Shown here: piece by piece, positions 1-7,955 of the stretch
How positions within the stretch are numbered: the stretch's first letter is position 1
How the letters are laid out: every line of letters begins with the position of its first letter
Assembly: GCF_000024025.1 (NCBI RefSeq)
Contig: NC_013131.1
Coordinates: forward strand, 7,830,229 to 7,854,228
Origin: Catenulispora acidiphila DSM 44928
GTDB taxonomy: Bacteria; Actinomycetota; Actinomycetes; Streptomycetales; Catenulisporaceae
DNA: 24,000 nucleotides
Direction of reading: 5' to 3'
Program-made: the position numbers and the translations under genes
Notes under the pieces: model-generated
The model's database searches: none
Seen by the model: only the letters and a program-made list of their open reading frames with translations
What the model was told of the DNA's origin: nothing

Positions 1-1
1 C

Positions 2-706
2 CGGCCGCTGGACCCGGCCACGGACCTGGCCTTCGCCACCGAGGCGGTGCGGCAGCTGGTCGGCGAGCTGGGCTCCACCCCGCTGATCGGCTTCGGCGGC
101 GCCCCGTTCACGGTCGCCAGCTACCTTATCGAGGGCGGGCCGTCGAAGAACCATGAGAAGACCAAGGCGATGATGCTCGGCGCGCCGGAGCTGTTCGCCG
201 CGCTGATGGACCGCCTGGCCGACCTGACCGCCGGCTTCATGCGGGTGCAGGTCGAGGCCGGCGCGAGCGTGGTGCAGCTGTTCGACTCCTGGGCCGGCGC
301 GCTGTCCCCCCGGGACTACGAGCGCTACGTCATGCCGCACAGCGCCAAGGTGCTGGACTCGCTGGCGGACCTGGGCGTGCCGCGCATCCACTTCGGCGTC
401 GGCACCGGCGAGCTGCTGCCGCTGATGGCCGCCGCGGGCGCGGACGTGGTCGGCGTGGACTGGCGGGTCCCGCTGGACGAGGCCTCGCGCCGCATCGGTC
501 CGGACTACGCGGTGCAGGGCAACCTGGACCCGTCGGTGATGTTCGCGCCGTGGCCGGTCATCGAGACCCGGGTGCGCGAGGTCCTCGACGAGGGCTCGCG
601 GACCCCGGGACACATCTTCAACCTGGGCCACGGCGTGACGCCGGACATGGACCCGGACCGGCTGGCCAGGGTCGTCGAGCTGGTGCACGAGGCGTCGGCG
701 CGCTAG
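2..706 (+). CDS. hemE: Uroporphyrinogen decarboxylase, C-terminal part (5' end lies outside the window)
   Basis: The open frame runs from the window edge to the stop at 704-706. The translation ([29 protein letters not shown] ... [10 protein letters not shown]) reads as UroD/HemE. It is followed by hemY and hemQ, the usual actinobacterial order. Confidence 0.9.
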   Translation, partial: RPLDPATDLAFATEAVRQLVGELGSTPLIGFGGAPFTVASYLIEGGPSKNHEKTKAMMLGAPELFAALMDRLADLTAGFMRVQVEAGASVVQLFDSWAGALSPRDYERYVMPHSAKVLDSLADLGVPRIHFGVGTGELLPLMAAAGADVVGVDWRVPLDEASRRIGPDYAVQGNLDPSVMFAPWPVIETRVREVLDEGSRTPGHIFNLGHGVTPDMDPDRLARVVELVHEASAR

Positions 707-736
707 AGAAGCGCGCGCACGGAAGGGACCACGGCG

Positions 737-2227
737 GTGGGTGCGACACAGGGGGCTGCGATGAGTGCGGGGCAGACGTCGTCTCAGGGTTCGATGTCAG
801 CCCGCGGGCCCGGCGCGAGGCCGCGCTCGGTCGCCGTGATCGGCGCGGGCGTCTCGGGTCTGGCGGCGGCGTGGTACGTCAAGCAGGCGCTGCCGGACGC
901 GACCGTCACCGTCTTCGAAGGCTCGCCCCGCCTCGGCGGCAAGCTGGCGCTCGGCGAGGTCGGCGGCGTCCAGGTGGACCTCGGCGCCGAGTCGATCCTG
1001 AACCGCCGTCCGGAGGCCGTGGATCTGGCGCGGGCCGTCGGATTGGCCGACGACATCGTGCATCCGGCGACGGCATCGGCGTCGGTGTGGAGCCGCGGCG
1101 AACTGGTCCCGATGCCCAAGGGACATCTGATGGGCGTCCCCGGAGATCCGGGCGTCCTGGCCGGTCTGCTCTCGCCAGCCGGACTCAGGCGCGCCGAGGC
1201 GGGACCGGCGCTGCCGTCCCGATCGGTACTGCGCGTGCAGGCCGAGACCGACGACATCGCGGTCGGCGCCTACGTGGCGGAGACCTTCGGCCGCGAGGTC
1301 GTGGACCGGCTCGTCGAGCCGCTGCTCGGCGGCGTCTACGCCGGGCACGCCGACGAAATCTCTTTGCGCGCCGCGGTTCCAGCGCTTGTCCCTGCCTACG
1401 AGTCGGGCGAGCCGCTGGACGAAGCGGTGTCCAAGATCCTCGCGGCGCAGTCCGCGGCGGCCAACCCCAAGCCGGTGTTCGCGGGCGTCCGCGGCGGCGT
1501 GGGACGGTTCCCGGCGGCGCTGACAGAGTCCTGCGAAAGCGCGGGCGTCACCATCCGGCGCGAGACGATGGTCAGGGGACTGACACGCACGGCCGACGGC
1601 TGGCGGCTGGTGTCGGGTCCGGTGCCCGCGCCGAGCGCGCACGAGGCGGACGCGGTCATCGTGGCGGTTCCCGGCGCTCCGGCTTCGCGTCTGCTGAAGG
1701 ACGTCGCTCCGGTCGCGGCGGCAGATCTCGCAGGGATCGAATACGCCTCGGTCGCGCTGGCGACGTTCGTGTTCGACGACGCCTCGCTCCCCGCCGGCAG
1801 CGGCTTCCTCGTCCCGCCGGCGGACGGCCGGTTCATCAAGGCTTCGACGTTCTCCAGCGTGAAGTGGTCCTGGCTCGCCGAGTCCGGCAAGACGGTGGTC
1901 CGCGCCTCCGTCGGGCGGCATCGCGAGACCGCAGACCTGCACCAGGAGGACGCCGATCTGGCGGCTTCGGCACTGGCCGATCTGCGTATCGCGCTCGGTG
2001 CGCCGGACGCGCTCGGGGAGCCCGTCGACTGGCACGTGCAGCGCTGGGGCGGCGGGCTGCCGCAGTACGCGGTCGGGCACGTGGCGCGCGTGGAGCGGAT
2101 CCGCTCGGCGGTGGCGGCGCAGCCGGGACTCGCGGTCTGCGGGGCGGCTTACGACGGCGTCGGGATCGCGGCGTGCGTCGCCTCGGCGCTGCGAGCCGCT
2201 CGCGAAATCAGTGCCGGGCCCGCATAG
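737..2227 (+). CDS. hemY: Protoporphyrinogen/coproporphyrinogen III oxidase (HemY/CgoX type, FAD-dependent)
   Basis: N-terminal dinucleotide-binding motif [16 protein letters not shown], a ~480 aa length, and a position between hemE and hemQ. The start is uncertain: GTG 737 is preceded by GGAAGGGA, and ATG 761 is preceded by GGGGG. GC3 is high. Confidence 0.88.
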   Translation: MGATQGAAMSAGQTSSQGSMSARGPGARPRSVAVIGAGVSGLAAAWYVKQALPDATVTVFEGSPRLGGKLALGEVGGVQVDLGAESILNRRPEAVDLARAVGLADDIVHPATASASVWSRGELVPMPKGHLMGVPGDPGVLAGLLSPAGLRRAEAGPALPSRSVLRVQAETDDIAVGAYVAETFGREVVDRLVEPLLGGVYAGHADEISLRAAVPALVPAYESGEPLDEAVSKILAAQSAAANPKPVFAGVRGGVGRFPAALTESCESAGVTIRRETMVRGLTRTADGWRLVSGPVPAPSAHEADAVIVAVPGAPASRLLKDVAPVAAADLAGIEYASVALATFVFDDASLPAGSGFLVPPADGRFIKASTFSSVKWSWLAESGKTVVRASVGRHRETADLHQEDADLAASALADLRIALGAPDALGEPVDWHVQRWGGGLPQYAVGHVARVERIRSAVAAQPGLAVCGAAYDGVGIAACVASALRAAREISAGPA

Positions 2228-2271
2228 CGCCGGGCGCACAACCCAGTACACCCATAAGGAAGAATGGCGAC

Positions 2272-3030
2272 ATGAGCGACAGCGGTAACGAAACCCAGGA
2301 CGAGCGCCCGGCCGGCGTGGTCAGCAACGTCCGCATCGGCAAGCGCGCGGTGGAGCTGAACGAGGTCACCCGCTACGCGATGTGGACCGTCTTCAAGGTC
2401 CGCGAGGACCTGCCGGCCTCCGACGACGCCCGCGCCGACCTCGCCGCCGAGGTGGAGACCCTGCTCGAGACGCTGGCCAAGGACGACGTGGTGCTGCGCG
2501 GCAGCTACGACGTGTCCGGCTTCCGGCACGACGCGGACTTCATGCTCTGGCTGCACGCCGAGACCTCCGAGGCGCTGCAGGACGCCTACCAGCGCTTCCG
2601 CCGCACCGCCTTCGGCCGCCTCACCGAGCCGGTGTGGTCCCAGATGGCGCTGCACCGCCCGGCGGAGTTCAACAAGAGCCACGTCCCGGCCTTCGTCGCC
2701 GACGAGACCCCGCGCGGCTACATCGCGGTCTACCCCTTCGTCCGCGGCTACGAGTGGTACCTGCTGGAGGACGCCGAGCGCCGCCGCCTGCTGGCCGAGC
2801 ACGGGATGATGTCGCGCGAGTACCCGGACGTGCGGGCCAACACCGTGCCGGCGTTCGCGCTCGGCGACTACGAGTGGATCCTCGCCTTCGAGGCCGACGC
2901 ACTGGACCGGATCGTGGACCTGATGCGCCACCTGCGCGGTTCGGAGACGCGCCGGCACGTGCGCGAGGAGGTGCCGTTCTACACCGGCAAGCGGCGCTCG
3001 ATCACCGAGATCGTCACGGCGCTGCCGTAA
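2272..3030 (+). CDS. hemQ: Coproheme decarboxylase (HemQ/ChdC, chlorite-dismutase-like family)
   Basis: This is the last 252 codons of the 826-aa track ORF. ATG 2272 is preceded by AAGGAAG. The translation ([12 protein letters not shown]..., [16 protein letters not shown]..., [15 protein letters not shown]) is typical of HemQ. The upstream part of that ORF overlaps hemY in another frame and is rejected. Confidence 0.88.
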   Translation: MSDSGNETQDERPAGVVSNVRIGKRAVELNEVTRYAMWTVFKVREDLPASDDARADLAAEVETLLETLAKDDVVLRGSYDVSGFRHDADFMLWLHAETSEALQDAYQRFRRTAFGRLTEPVWSQMALHRPAEFNKSHVPAFVADETPRGYIAVYPFVRGYEWYLLEDAERRRLLAEHGMMSREYPDVRANTVPAFALGDYEWILAFEADALDRIVDLMRHLRGSETRRHVREEVPFYTGKRRSITEIVTALP

Positions 3031-3053
3031 CGACGAGCCCGGATACGCGCCCC

Positions 3054-3084
3054 GGCGGGGCGGCGGGGCGGCGGGGCGGCGGAC
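3054..3084. repeat. Tandem octamer (GGCGGGGC) x3 plus a partial copy, between convergent genes
   Basis: Read directly: perfect units at 3054-3061, 3062-3069 and 3070-3077, then the partial copy ggcggac. Flanking CGCCCC / GGGGCG segments can pair. This is probably a GC-rich convergent termination region. Confidence 0.8.
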
Positions 3085-3111
3085 GATGCCGATGCCACCG
3101 CCCCGAGCCGG

Positions 3112-3645
3112 TCAGTAGTACCAGACCGCGACGCCTTTGTGGTGCGAACACGTGCCTGAAGGCGTCGTGCTGTAGCTGTACGTGCCGTCCTTGCACAGAG
3201 CCATCGCGCCCGACGGATGCGATTCGCCGGCTCCACAGGTAGCCGAGCCCTCGTCGATGGTGGCGTGGTCGATGCAGCTCGCGGCGTGGGACGTCGGTGC
3301 GGCCGGAGCCTTCGTGGTCGTGGTCGTGTGGGACGGCCGCGCGACGGCCGCCGTGGTCGGCACACTGCGCGCCGACGGTGACGGCTTGGGCGCCGAAGAC
3401 GTACTCGGCGGCGCCGCTACCACCGGCGGCGTGCTCGTCGAGGGCGCAGCCGTCGTCGGCGCCGCACTCGACGTCGTCGACGTGGTCGCCGGAGCCGGAG
3501 CCAGAGCCGGCGCCGACGTGCTCGTGCTCTGCGAAACCTTCGCCCGAGCCGGAGCGCCCGCGGACCCTGAAGCAGTGGACTGACAAGCTGTCGCCGACAG
3601 CGCGATCGCGCACGCTAAAACCGGCACCCACCTGTTGCGGAGCAT
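3112..3645 (-). CDS. Lipoprotein with a Ser/Thr/Ala/Pro-rich linker and a C-terminal DUF3761-like domain
   Basis: ATG at 3645 is preceded by GGGGAGGGAAACCC. The N-terminus MLRNRWVPVLACAIALSATAC is a signal peptide plus lipobox. The C-terminus LCKDGTYSYSTTPSGTCSHHKGVAVWYY matches my memory of the DUF3761 signature (C-x-DG-x-x-S-x-S ... G-x-CS-x-H-G-GV). Confidence 0.72.
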   Translation of the reverse strand: MLRNRWVPVLACAIALSATACQSTASGSAGAPARAKVSQSTSTSAPALAPAPATTSTTSSAAPTTAAPSTSTPPVVAAPPSTSSAPKPSPSARSVPTTAAVARPSHTTTTTKAPAAPTSHAASCIDHATIDEGSATCGAGESHPSGAMALCKDGTYSYSTTPSGTCSHHKGVAVWYY

Positions 3646-3777
3646 GGGTTTCCCTCCCCAGAAAGCCGACGCCCGCCGCCGGCCGGAGCCCCACCCTGGC
3701 ACTGATCGCGCGGCGTGGAAACGCTTAAGTCCTGTCGACCATCGCCGCTGCTCGGCGGCTTGCCACGACGATCATGG

Positions 3778-4119
3778 TCAGTCGCCGGACACCGCGCTCG
3801 GCGCCGCAGCGGGTCGCCGTACCAAGCCGGTGATGCCCATGACCAGGCATCCGACCCCGGCGGCCGCCGCCAGAGCCGAGCCGGTCAGCTGCCGCGCCAG
3901 CGCCGTGCTGGACGCGCACGGTCCCTTGCCCTGGTACTGGAGTCCCGCCGGCAGCGGATACTTCCGGGACAGCGGGGACCCGCAGTCGACGCGGACGTGG
4001 GCGACCGTGATGCCGCTGGTGCCCACGTCGATGTCAAGATGCGAGTGGTGCAGGCCGACGTACGCCGCGCCCCCGATCAGGAGCAGGCCCAGGACGATCA
4101 GGATCCACGATTGCCGCAC
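3778..4119 (-). CDS. Hypothetical small membrane protein (113 aa, N- and C-terminal TM helices, two Cys in the loop)
   Basis: GTG start at 4117-4119. GC3 is high throughout. Hydrophobic segments are WILIVLGLLLIGGAAYVGL and ALAAAAGVGCLVMGITGLV. I recognise no family. Confidence 0.5.
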   Translation of the reverse strand: MRQSWILIVLGLLLIGGAAYVGLHHSHLDIDVGTSGITVAHVRVDCGSPLSRKYPLPAGLQYQGKGPCASSTALARQLTGSALAAAAGVGCLVMGITGLVRRPAAAPSAVSGD

Positions 4120-4155
4120 ACCGTCTCAGACGTCCGACAGGCGGCGATGGTTGTA

Positions 4156-4255
4156 GCAGGGTTATCAGGCATGCCGAGGATGCAGGGTTATCAGTGATGG
4201 CGGGGAGGCAGGGTCATCAAGGATGCAGGGGTGTCAGGGCAGCAGGGATATCAGG
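4156..4255. repeat. Array of five direct repeats GCAGGG(N2-3)ATCAG (minus-strand reading CTGAYANCCCTGC)
   Basis: Copies at 4156-4168, 4182-4194, 4208-4221, 4225-4238 and 4242-4255, spaced 26, 26, 17 and 17 bp. The first two copies are identical (GCAGGGTTATCAG). The array lies between the kdpE-paralogue stop (4251-4253, inside the last copy) and the start of the small membrane protein gene (4119). Confidence 0.8.
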
Positions 4256-4943
4256 GCACGAACCGGTATCCGGTCCCGTACTCCGTCATCAGGTGTCGCG
4301 GATTCTGCGGGTCGTCCTCGAGCTTGCGGCGCAGCCGGGCCATGTGGAACCGCAGATATCCGGCCTCGCCGGTGTGGCTGTTGCCCCACACGTCCGCCAG
4401 CAGGCGCGAGGTGCTCACCAGCTGACCGGGGTGGCGCAGCAGGACCTCCAGCAGCGCCCACTCGGTGCGGGTCAGGCGAACCGGATCGCCTCCGCGCGCC
4501 ACGCTGTGCGCCACGAGGTCGATGTCGCAGCTGCCCAGACGGACCGAGCTGGTCTCGGCGCCGGTCGCGCCGGCGTTGGCCTGTTGGTGGCGGCGGATCA
4601 CCGCGCGCAGCCGGGCCAGCAGCTCCTCCATGGCGAAGGGCTTGGTCACGAAGTCGTCGGCGCCGGCGTCGAGCGCGTGGATCTTCTCCTGCGGGTCGGT
4701 GCGTCCGGACAGGACCACGATCGGGACGGTTGTCCAGCCGCGCAGACCGAGGATCACCTCCACACCGTCCATGTCCGGCAGGCCGAGGTCGAGCAGGACC
4801 GCGTCGGGCAGGCGGCGCGCCGCTGAGGCCAACGCGTCCACGCCGTTGGCCACCGTCTCGACGTCGTACGTCCGGGATTTCAGGTTGATGCGCAGGGCGC
4901 GCAGGATCTGCGGCTCGTCGTCGACGACCAGGATGCGGGTCAC
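4251..4943 (-). CDS. OmpR-family response regulator, KdpE-like paralogue (orphan, no adjacent kinase)
   Basis: GTG 4941-4943 is preceded by GGGAG. The translation VTRILVVDDEPQILRALRINLKSRTYDV...LDLGLPDMDG...VVLSGRTD...LDAGADDFVTKPFAMEELLARLRA... aligns by eye along its whole length with the KdpE encoded at 14495-15196. The 53-codon N-terminal extension in the track ORF is rejected. Confidence 0.85.
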   Translation of the reverse strand: MTRILVVDDEPQILRALRINLKSRTYDVETVANGVDALASAARRLPDAVLLDLGLPDMDGVEVILGLRGWTTVPIVVLSGRTDPQEKIHALDAGADDFVTKPFAMEELLARLRAVIRRHQQANAGATGAETSSVRLGSCDIDLVAHSVARGGDPVRLTRTEWALLEVLLRHPGQLVSTSRLLADVWGNSHTGEAGYLRFHMARLRRKLEDDPQNPRHLMTEYGTGYRFVP

Positions 4944-4992
4944 TGACTCCCTCGGTTCTCGTGCGAAGTCGGGCACTCGTGACAAGTCAACA

Positions 4993-5014
4993 GTCCCGGT
5001 ACGCCGTCCGGGAC
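4993..5014 (-). terminator. Hairpin GTCCCGG-N8-CCGGGAC downstream of kdpC (possible terminator/attenuator, no clear U-tract)
   Basis: 7-bp GC-rich inverted repeat (4993-4999 / 5008-5014) in the 200-bp kdpC-kdpE-paralogue gap. On the minus strand it is followed by TGTTGACTTGT. Confidence 0.3.
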
Positions 5015-5021
5015 CTTGCTC

Positions 5022-5056
5022 GCGCGATGCAAACGCCGCCCGACTCGATGCAAATG
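5022..5056 (-). promoter_or_regulatory. Candidate response-regulator (KdpE-type) operator upstream of the kdpE paralogue
   Basis: CGATGCAAACG (5025-5035) and CGATGCAAATG (5046-5056) are direct repeats 21 bp apart. The 14-mer GCGCGATGCAAACG (5022-5035) is identical to 9885-9898 upstream of the kdp operon. It sits 79 nt from the start codon, against 77 nt at the kdp operon. Confidence 0.5.
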
Positions 5057-5131
5057 GCCGCACCGCGCTGCGGCCCGGAGCACTCGCCGGTCCAGCGCCC
5101 ATTCAATCAGCCCAAAACCAACGGGAGTGTC

Positions 5132-5155
5132 TCAGCTCTTAGCTCAGCTCTTAGC
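5132..5155. repeat. Perfect 12-bp tandem duplication (TCAGCTCTTAGC x2) spanning the kdpC stop codon
   Basis: Read directly: 5132-5143 equals 5144-5155. On the minus strand this is GCT AAG AGC TGA twice, so the last three codons plus the stop of kdpC are repeated just 3' of the gene. Confidence 0.95.
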
Positions 5156-5794
5156 CGCCGCGACCGGATGCTCCTTGTCCAGCGCCAGGTTCAGCGTCAC
5201 CACGTTCACGTACTCCTCGCCCAGGAAGCCCAGGGAGCGGCCGGTGGTGTTGTCCTTGACCAACTGGTCCACCGTCGCCACGTCGACGCCGCGCGCCTTG
5301 GCGACCGAGGCGGCTTGGTCGTCGGCGTTCTGCACCGAGATGCCGGGGTCCATGCCGGAGGCGGATGCCGTGACGGCGTCCTCGGGGACCTTGGCGGGGT
5401 CGATGTCGTATGCCTTGGCGTAGGAGGCGATGCGGCCCTCGATGGTGTGCTTCAGCGTGGCGCTGCCGGTGCCGAGGTTGGATCCGGCGGAGTAGCTGTA
5501 GTCGCAGCCGGGGTCGGTGGGGTTGGCGGAGTCGGTGGCGTCGGAGGGCCGGGTCTGGAAGTACTGCGGGAGGGCGGTGCCGGACTTGTCGACGTACTGC
5601 TGGCACAGCAGGGAGGAGGCGACGATCTGGCCGGAGGCGTTCTTGATGAGCGAGCCGTTCGCCTTGTCCTTGAAGGCGAGCTGCGCGATCCCGGTGACCA
5701 GCAGAGGGTAGGCGATGCCCAGGATGACGGTGAACACCACCATCGCGCGGACCGCCGCCAGGTGCCGCCTCAGCGGCGCGGAGATGCGAGACAT
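5144..5794 (-). CDS. kdpC: K+-transporting ATPase subunit C
   Basis: 216 aa with an N-terminal TM ([23 protein letters not shown]) and KdpC-like motifs ([13 protein letters not shown]...). ATG 5792-5794 is preceded by GGAAGGGAAGGAA. It follows kdpB. Confidence 0.93.
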   Translation of the reverse strand: MSRISAPLRRHLAAVRAMVVFTVILGIAYPLLVTGIAQLAFKDKANGSLIKNASGQIVASSLLCQQYVDKSGTALPQYFQTRPSDATDSANPTDPGCDYSYSAGSNLGTGSATLKHTIEGRIASYAKAYDIDPAKVPEDAVTASASGMDPGISVQNADDQAASVAKARGVDVATVDQLVKDNTTGRSLGFLGEEYVNVVTLNLALDKEHPVAAAKS

Positions 5795-5809
5795 GGTTCC
5801 TTCCCTTCC

Positions 5810-7955
5810 TTACCGGATTCCGGGGATGTACATGACGATCAGGTCGATCAGCTTGATCCCGACGAACGGCAGCGCCAGACCGCCCAGACCGTAGATCCAC
5901 AGGTTGCGGCGCAGCAGGGGCCGAGGCCGACGACGGCTTGTACTGCACCCCGCGCAGCGCCAGCGGGATGAGGCCGATGATGATCAGCGCGTTGAAGATG
6001 ATGGCGCTGGTGATCGCCGACTTCGGCGAGTGCAGGCCCATGATGTTCAGCACGTGTAGCCCGGGATAGACCACCGAGAACATCGCCGGGATGATCGCGA
6101 AGTACTTCGCGACGTCGTTGGCGATGGAGAAGGTGGTCAGCGAGCCGCGCGTGATGAGCAGCTGCTTGCCGATCTCGACGATCTCGATCAGCTTGGTGGG
6201 GTTGGAGTCCAGGTCCACCATGTTCCCGGCCTCTTTCGCGGCCGAGGTTCCGGTGTTCATCGCCACGCCGACGTCCGCCTGCGCGAGCGCGGGGGCGTCG
6301 TTGGTGCCGTCGCCGGTCATCGCGACCAGCTTGCCGCCTTCCTGCTCCTTCTTGATCAGCGCCATCTTGTCTTCGGGTGTGGCCTCGGCCAGGAAGTCAT
6401 CGACTCCTGCTTCCTCGGCGATGGCCTTGGCGGTCAGCGGGTTGTCGCCGGTGATCATGACCGTCTTGATGCCCATCGCCCGCAGCTCGGCGAAGCGCTC
6501 GCGGATACCTTCCTTGACGACGTCCTTCAGATGGATGACGCCGAGAGTACGAGCCGGCTGGCCGGGCGCACGCTCGGCCACCACCAACGGAGTCCCGCCG
6601 GCTGCGGAGATCGCGTCCACCAGGGATCCGACCTCCTCGGTCGGGTGCCCGCCGTTGTCGCGGACCCACTTCATGACCGCGCTGCCGGCGCCCTTGCGGA
6701 CCTCGTGGCCGTCAGCCAGGTTCACCCCCGACATGCGGGTCTGCGCCGTGAACGGCACGAACTCCGCTCCGGTCAGCTCACCGGTGTGCCGCTCGCGCAG
6801 ACCGTAAGCGGCCAGATCTTCCATTGAACGCAGCGCTAGCACCACGATCGAGCGCCCCTCGGGCGTCTCGTCAGCCAGCGACGAGAGCTGCGCGGCATCG
6901 GCGAGCGCATCCTTGTCCACCCCGGCGACCGGGACGAACTCAGAGGCCTGACGGTTGCCGAGCGTGATGGTGCCGGTCTTGTCCAGCAGCAGGGTATTGA
7001 TATCGCCGGCCGCCTCGACCGCACGCCCCGACATCGCCAACACGTTGCGCTGCACCAACCGGTCCATGCCGGCGATACCGATCGCCGAGAGCAGCGCGCC
7101 GATGGTGGTCGGGATCAAAGCGACCAACAGCGAGACCATGACCACCAGCGACTGCGCCGCGCCGGCCCACGTCGCCATCGGCTGCAACGTCACCACCGCG
7201 AGCAGGAACACGATCGTCAGCGAAGCCAGCAGCACGTTCAGCGCCAGCTCGTTCGGCGTCTTCTGCCGGTTCGCCCCCTCGACCAGGTTGATCATCCGGT
7301 CGATGAACGTCTCCCCGGGCTTGGAGGTGATCTTCACGACGATCCGGTCCGACAGCACCCTGGTACCGCCGGTCACCGCCGAACGGTCGCCGCCGGACTC
7401 CCGGATGACCGGCGCCGACTCACCGGTGATCGCCGACTCGTCGACGCTCGCGACACCTTCGACCACATCGCCGTCGCCGGGAATGATCTGCCCGGCTTCG
7501 ACGACCACGAAGTCGCCGAGCCGCAGCTCGGTACCGGCGACCTCGGACTCCGGACCGGACTGCCCCGGGGACCAGGACGCCAGGCGCCGGGCGACCGTCG
7601 TCGTCTTGGCCTTGCGCAAGGTGGCGGCCTGCGCCTTGCCCCGACCCTCGGCCACCGCCTCGGCCAGGTTGGCGAACACCACGGTCAGCCACAGCCAGAC
7701 GGTGATGACCCAGGCGAACACCGAAGGCTTGGTGACGGCCTCGTATGTGGTCAGCACGGAGCCGACCTCGACGACGAACATCACCGGGTTCTTGATCATG
7801 ACCCGCGGGTCGAGCTTCTTCAAGGCGTCCGGAAGCGACTTCCAGAGCATCTTCGGGTCCAGGAACCCGCCACCGACACGGCGCGGTTCACCGCCCGGCT
7901 TCGGCTGCGGAGTCCGCGGCGCGGGGGCGGCAGCCGTCACAGTGTTGCTTGCCAT
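5810..7955 (-). pseudogene. kdpB: K+-transporting P-type ATPase subunit B with an apparent 1-nt frameshift near 5917-5920 (authentic pseudogene or homopolymer sequencing error)
   Basis: P-type ATPase motifs are present ([34 protein letters not shown]). After ...[13 protein letters not shown] the track frame turns into Arg/Pro-rich nonsense and runs across kdpC. Shifting one base at the C4 run (G4 on the plus strand, 5917-5920) gives [35 protein letters not shown] and a stop at 5810-5812. That matches the conserved KdpB C-terminus (E. coli ...[13 protein letters not shown]...). The total length of 2146 nt equals 3n+1. Confidence 0.85.

Noticed and set aside
550-3030. 826-aa ORF spanning hemE 3' end, hemY and hemQ
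   Set aside because: Only the last 252 codons (from ATG 2272, which has a good RBS) look like a real protein (HemQ). The upstream 570 codons are Arg/Gly/Pro/Ala-rich, overlap hemY in another frame, and are typical of open shadow frames in very GC-rich DNA.
3054-3084. G-quadruplex
   Set aside because: Only three GGGG tracts are present and the fourth run is GG. I did not pursue this.
4156-4255. CRISPR array (also considered for 16491-16546 and 23325-23400)
   Set aside because: The repeat units are 7-20 bp and contiguous or nearly so. There are no unique spacers of 25-40 bp and no cas genes in the window.
4944-5102. 53-codon N-terminal extension of the KdpE paralogue
   Set aside because: The receiver domain starts at VTRILVVDDE, right after a GTG with an upstream GGGAG. 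The extension has no homology to response regulators and covers the conserved motif and hairpin region.
5151-5916. C-terminal ~255 codons of the 934-aa ORF, an apparent KdpB extension across kdpC
   Set aside because: The sequence is low-complexity Arg/Pro/Gly-rich and overlaps the well-supported kdpC frame. It is explained by the 1-nt frameshift at 5917-5920 followed by the absence of stop codons in GC-rich DNA.
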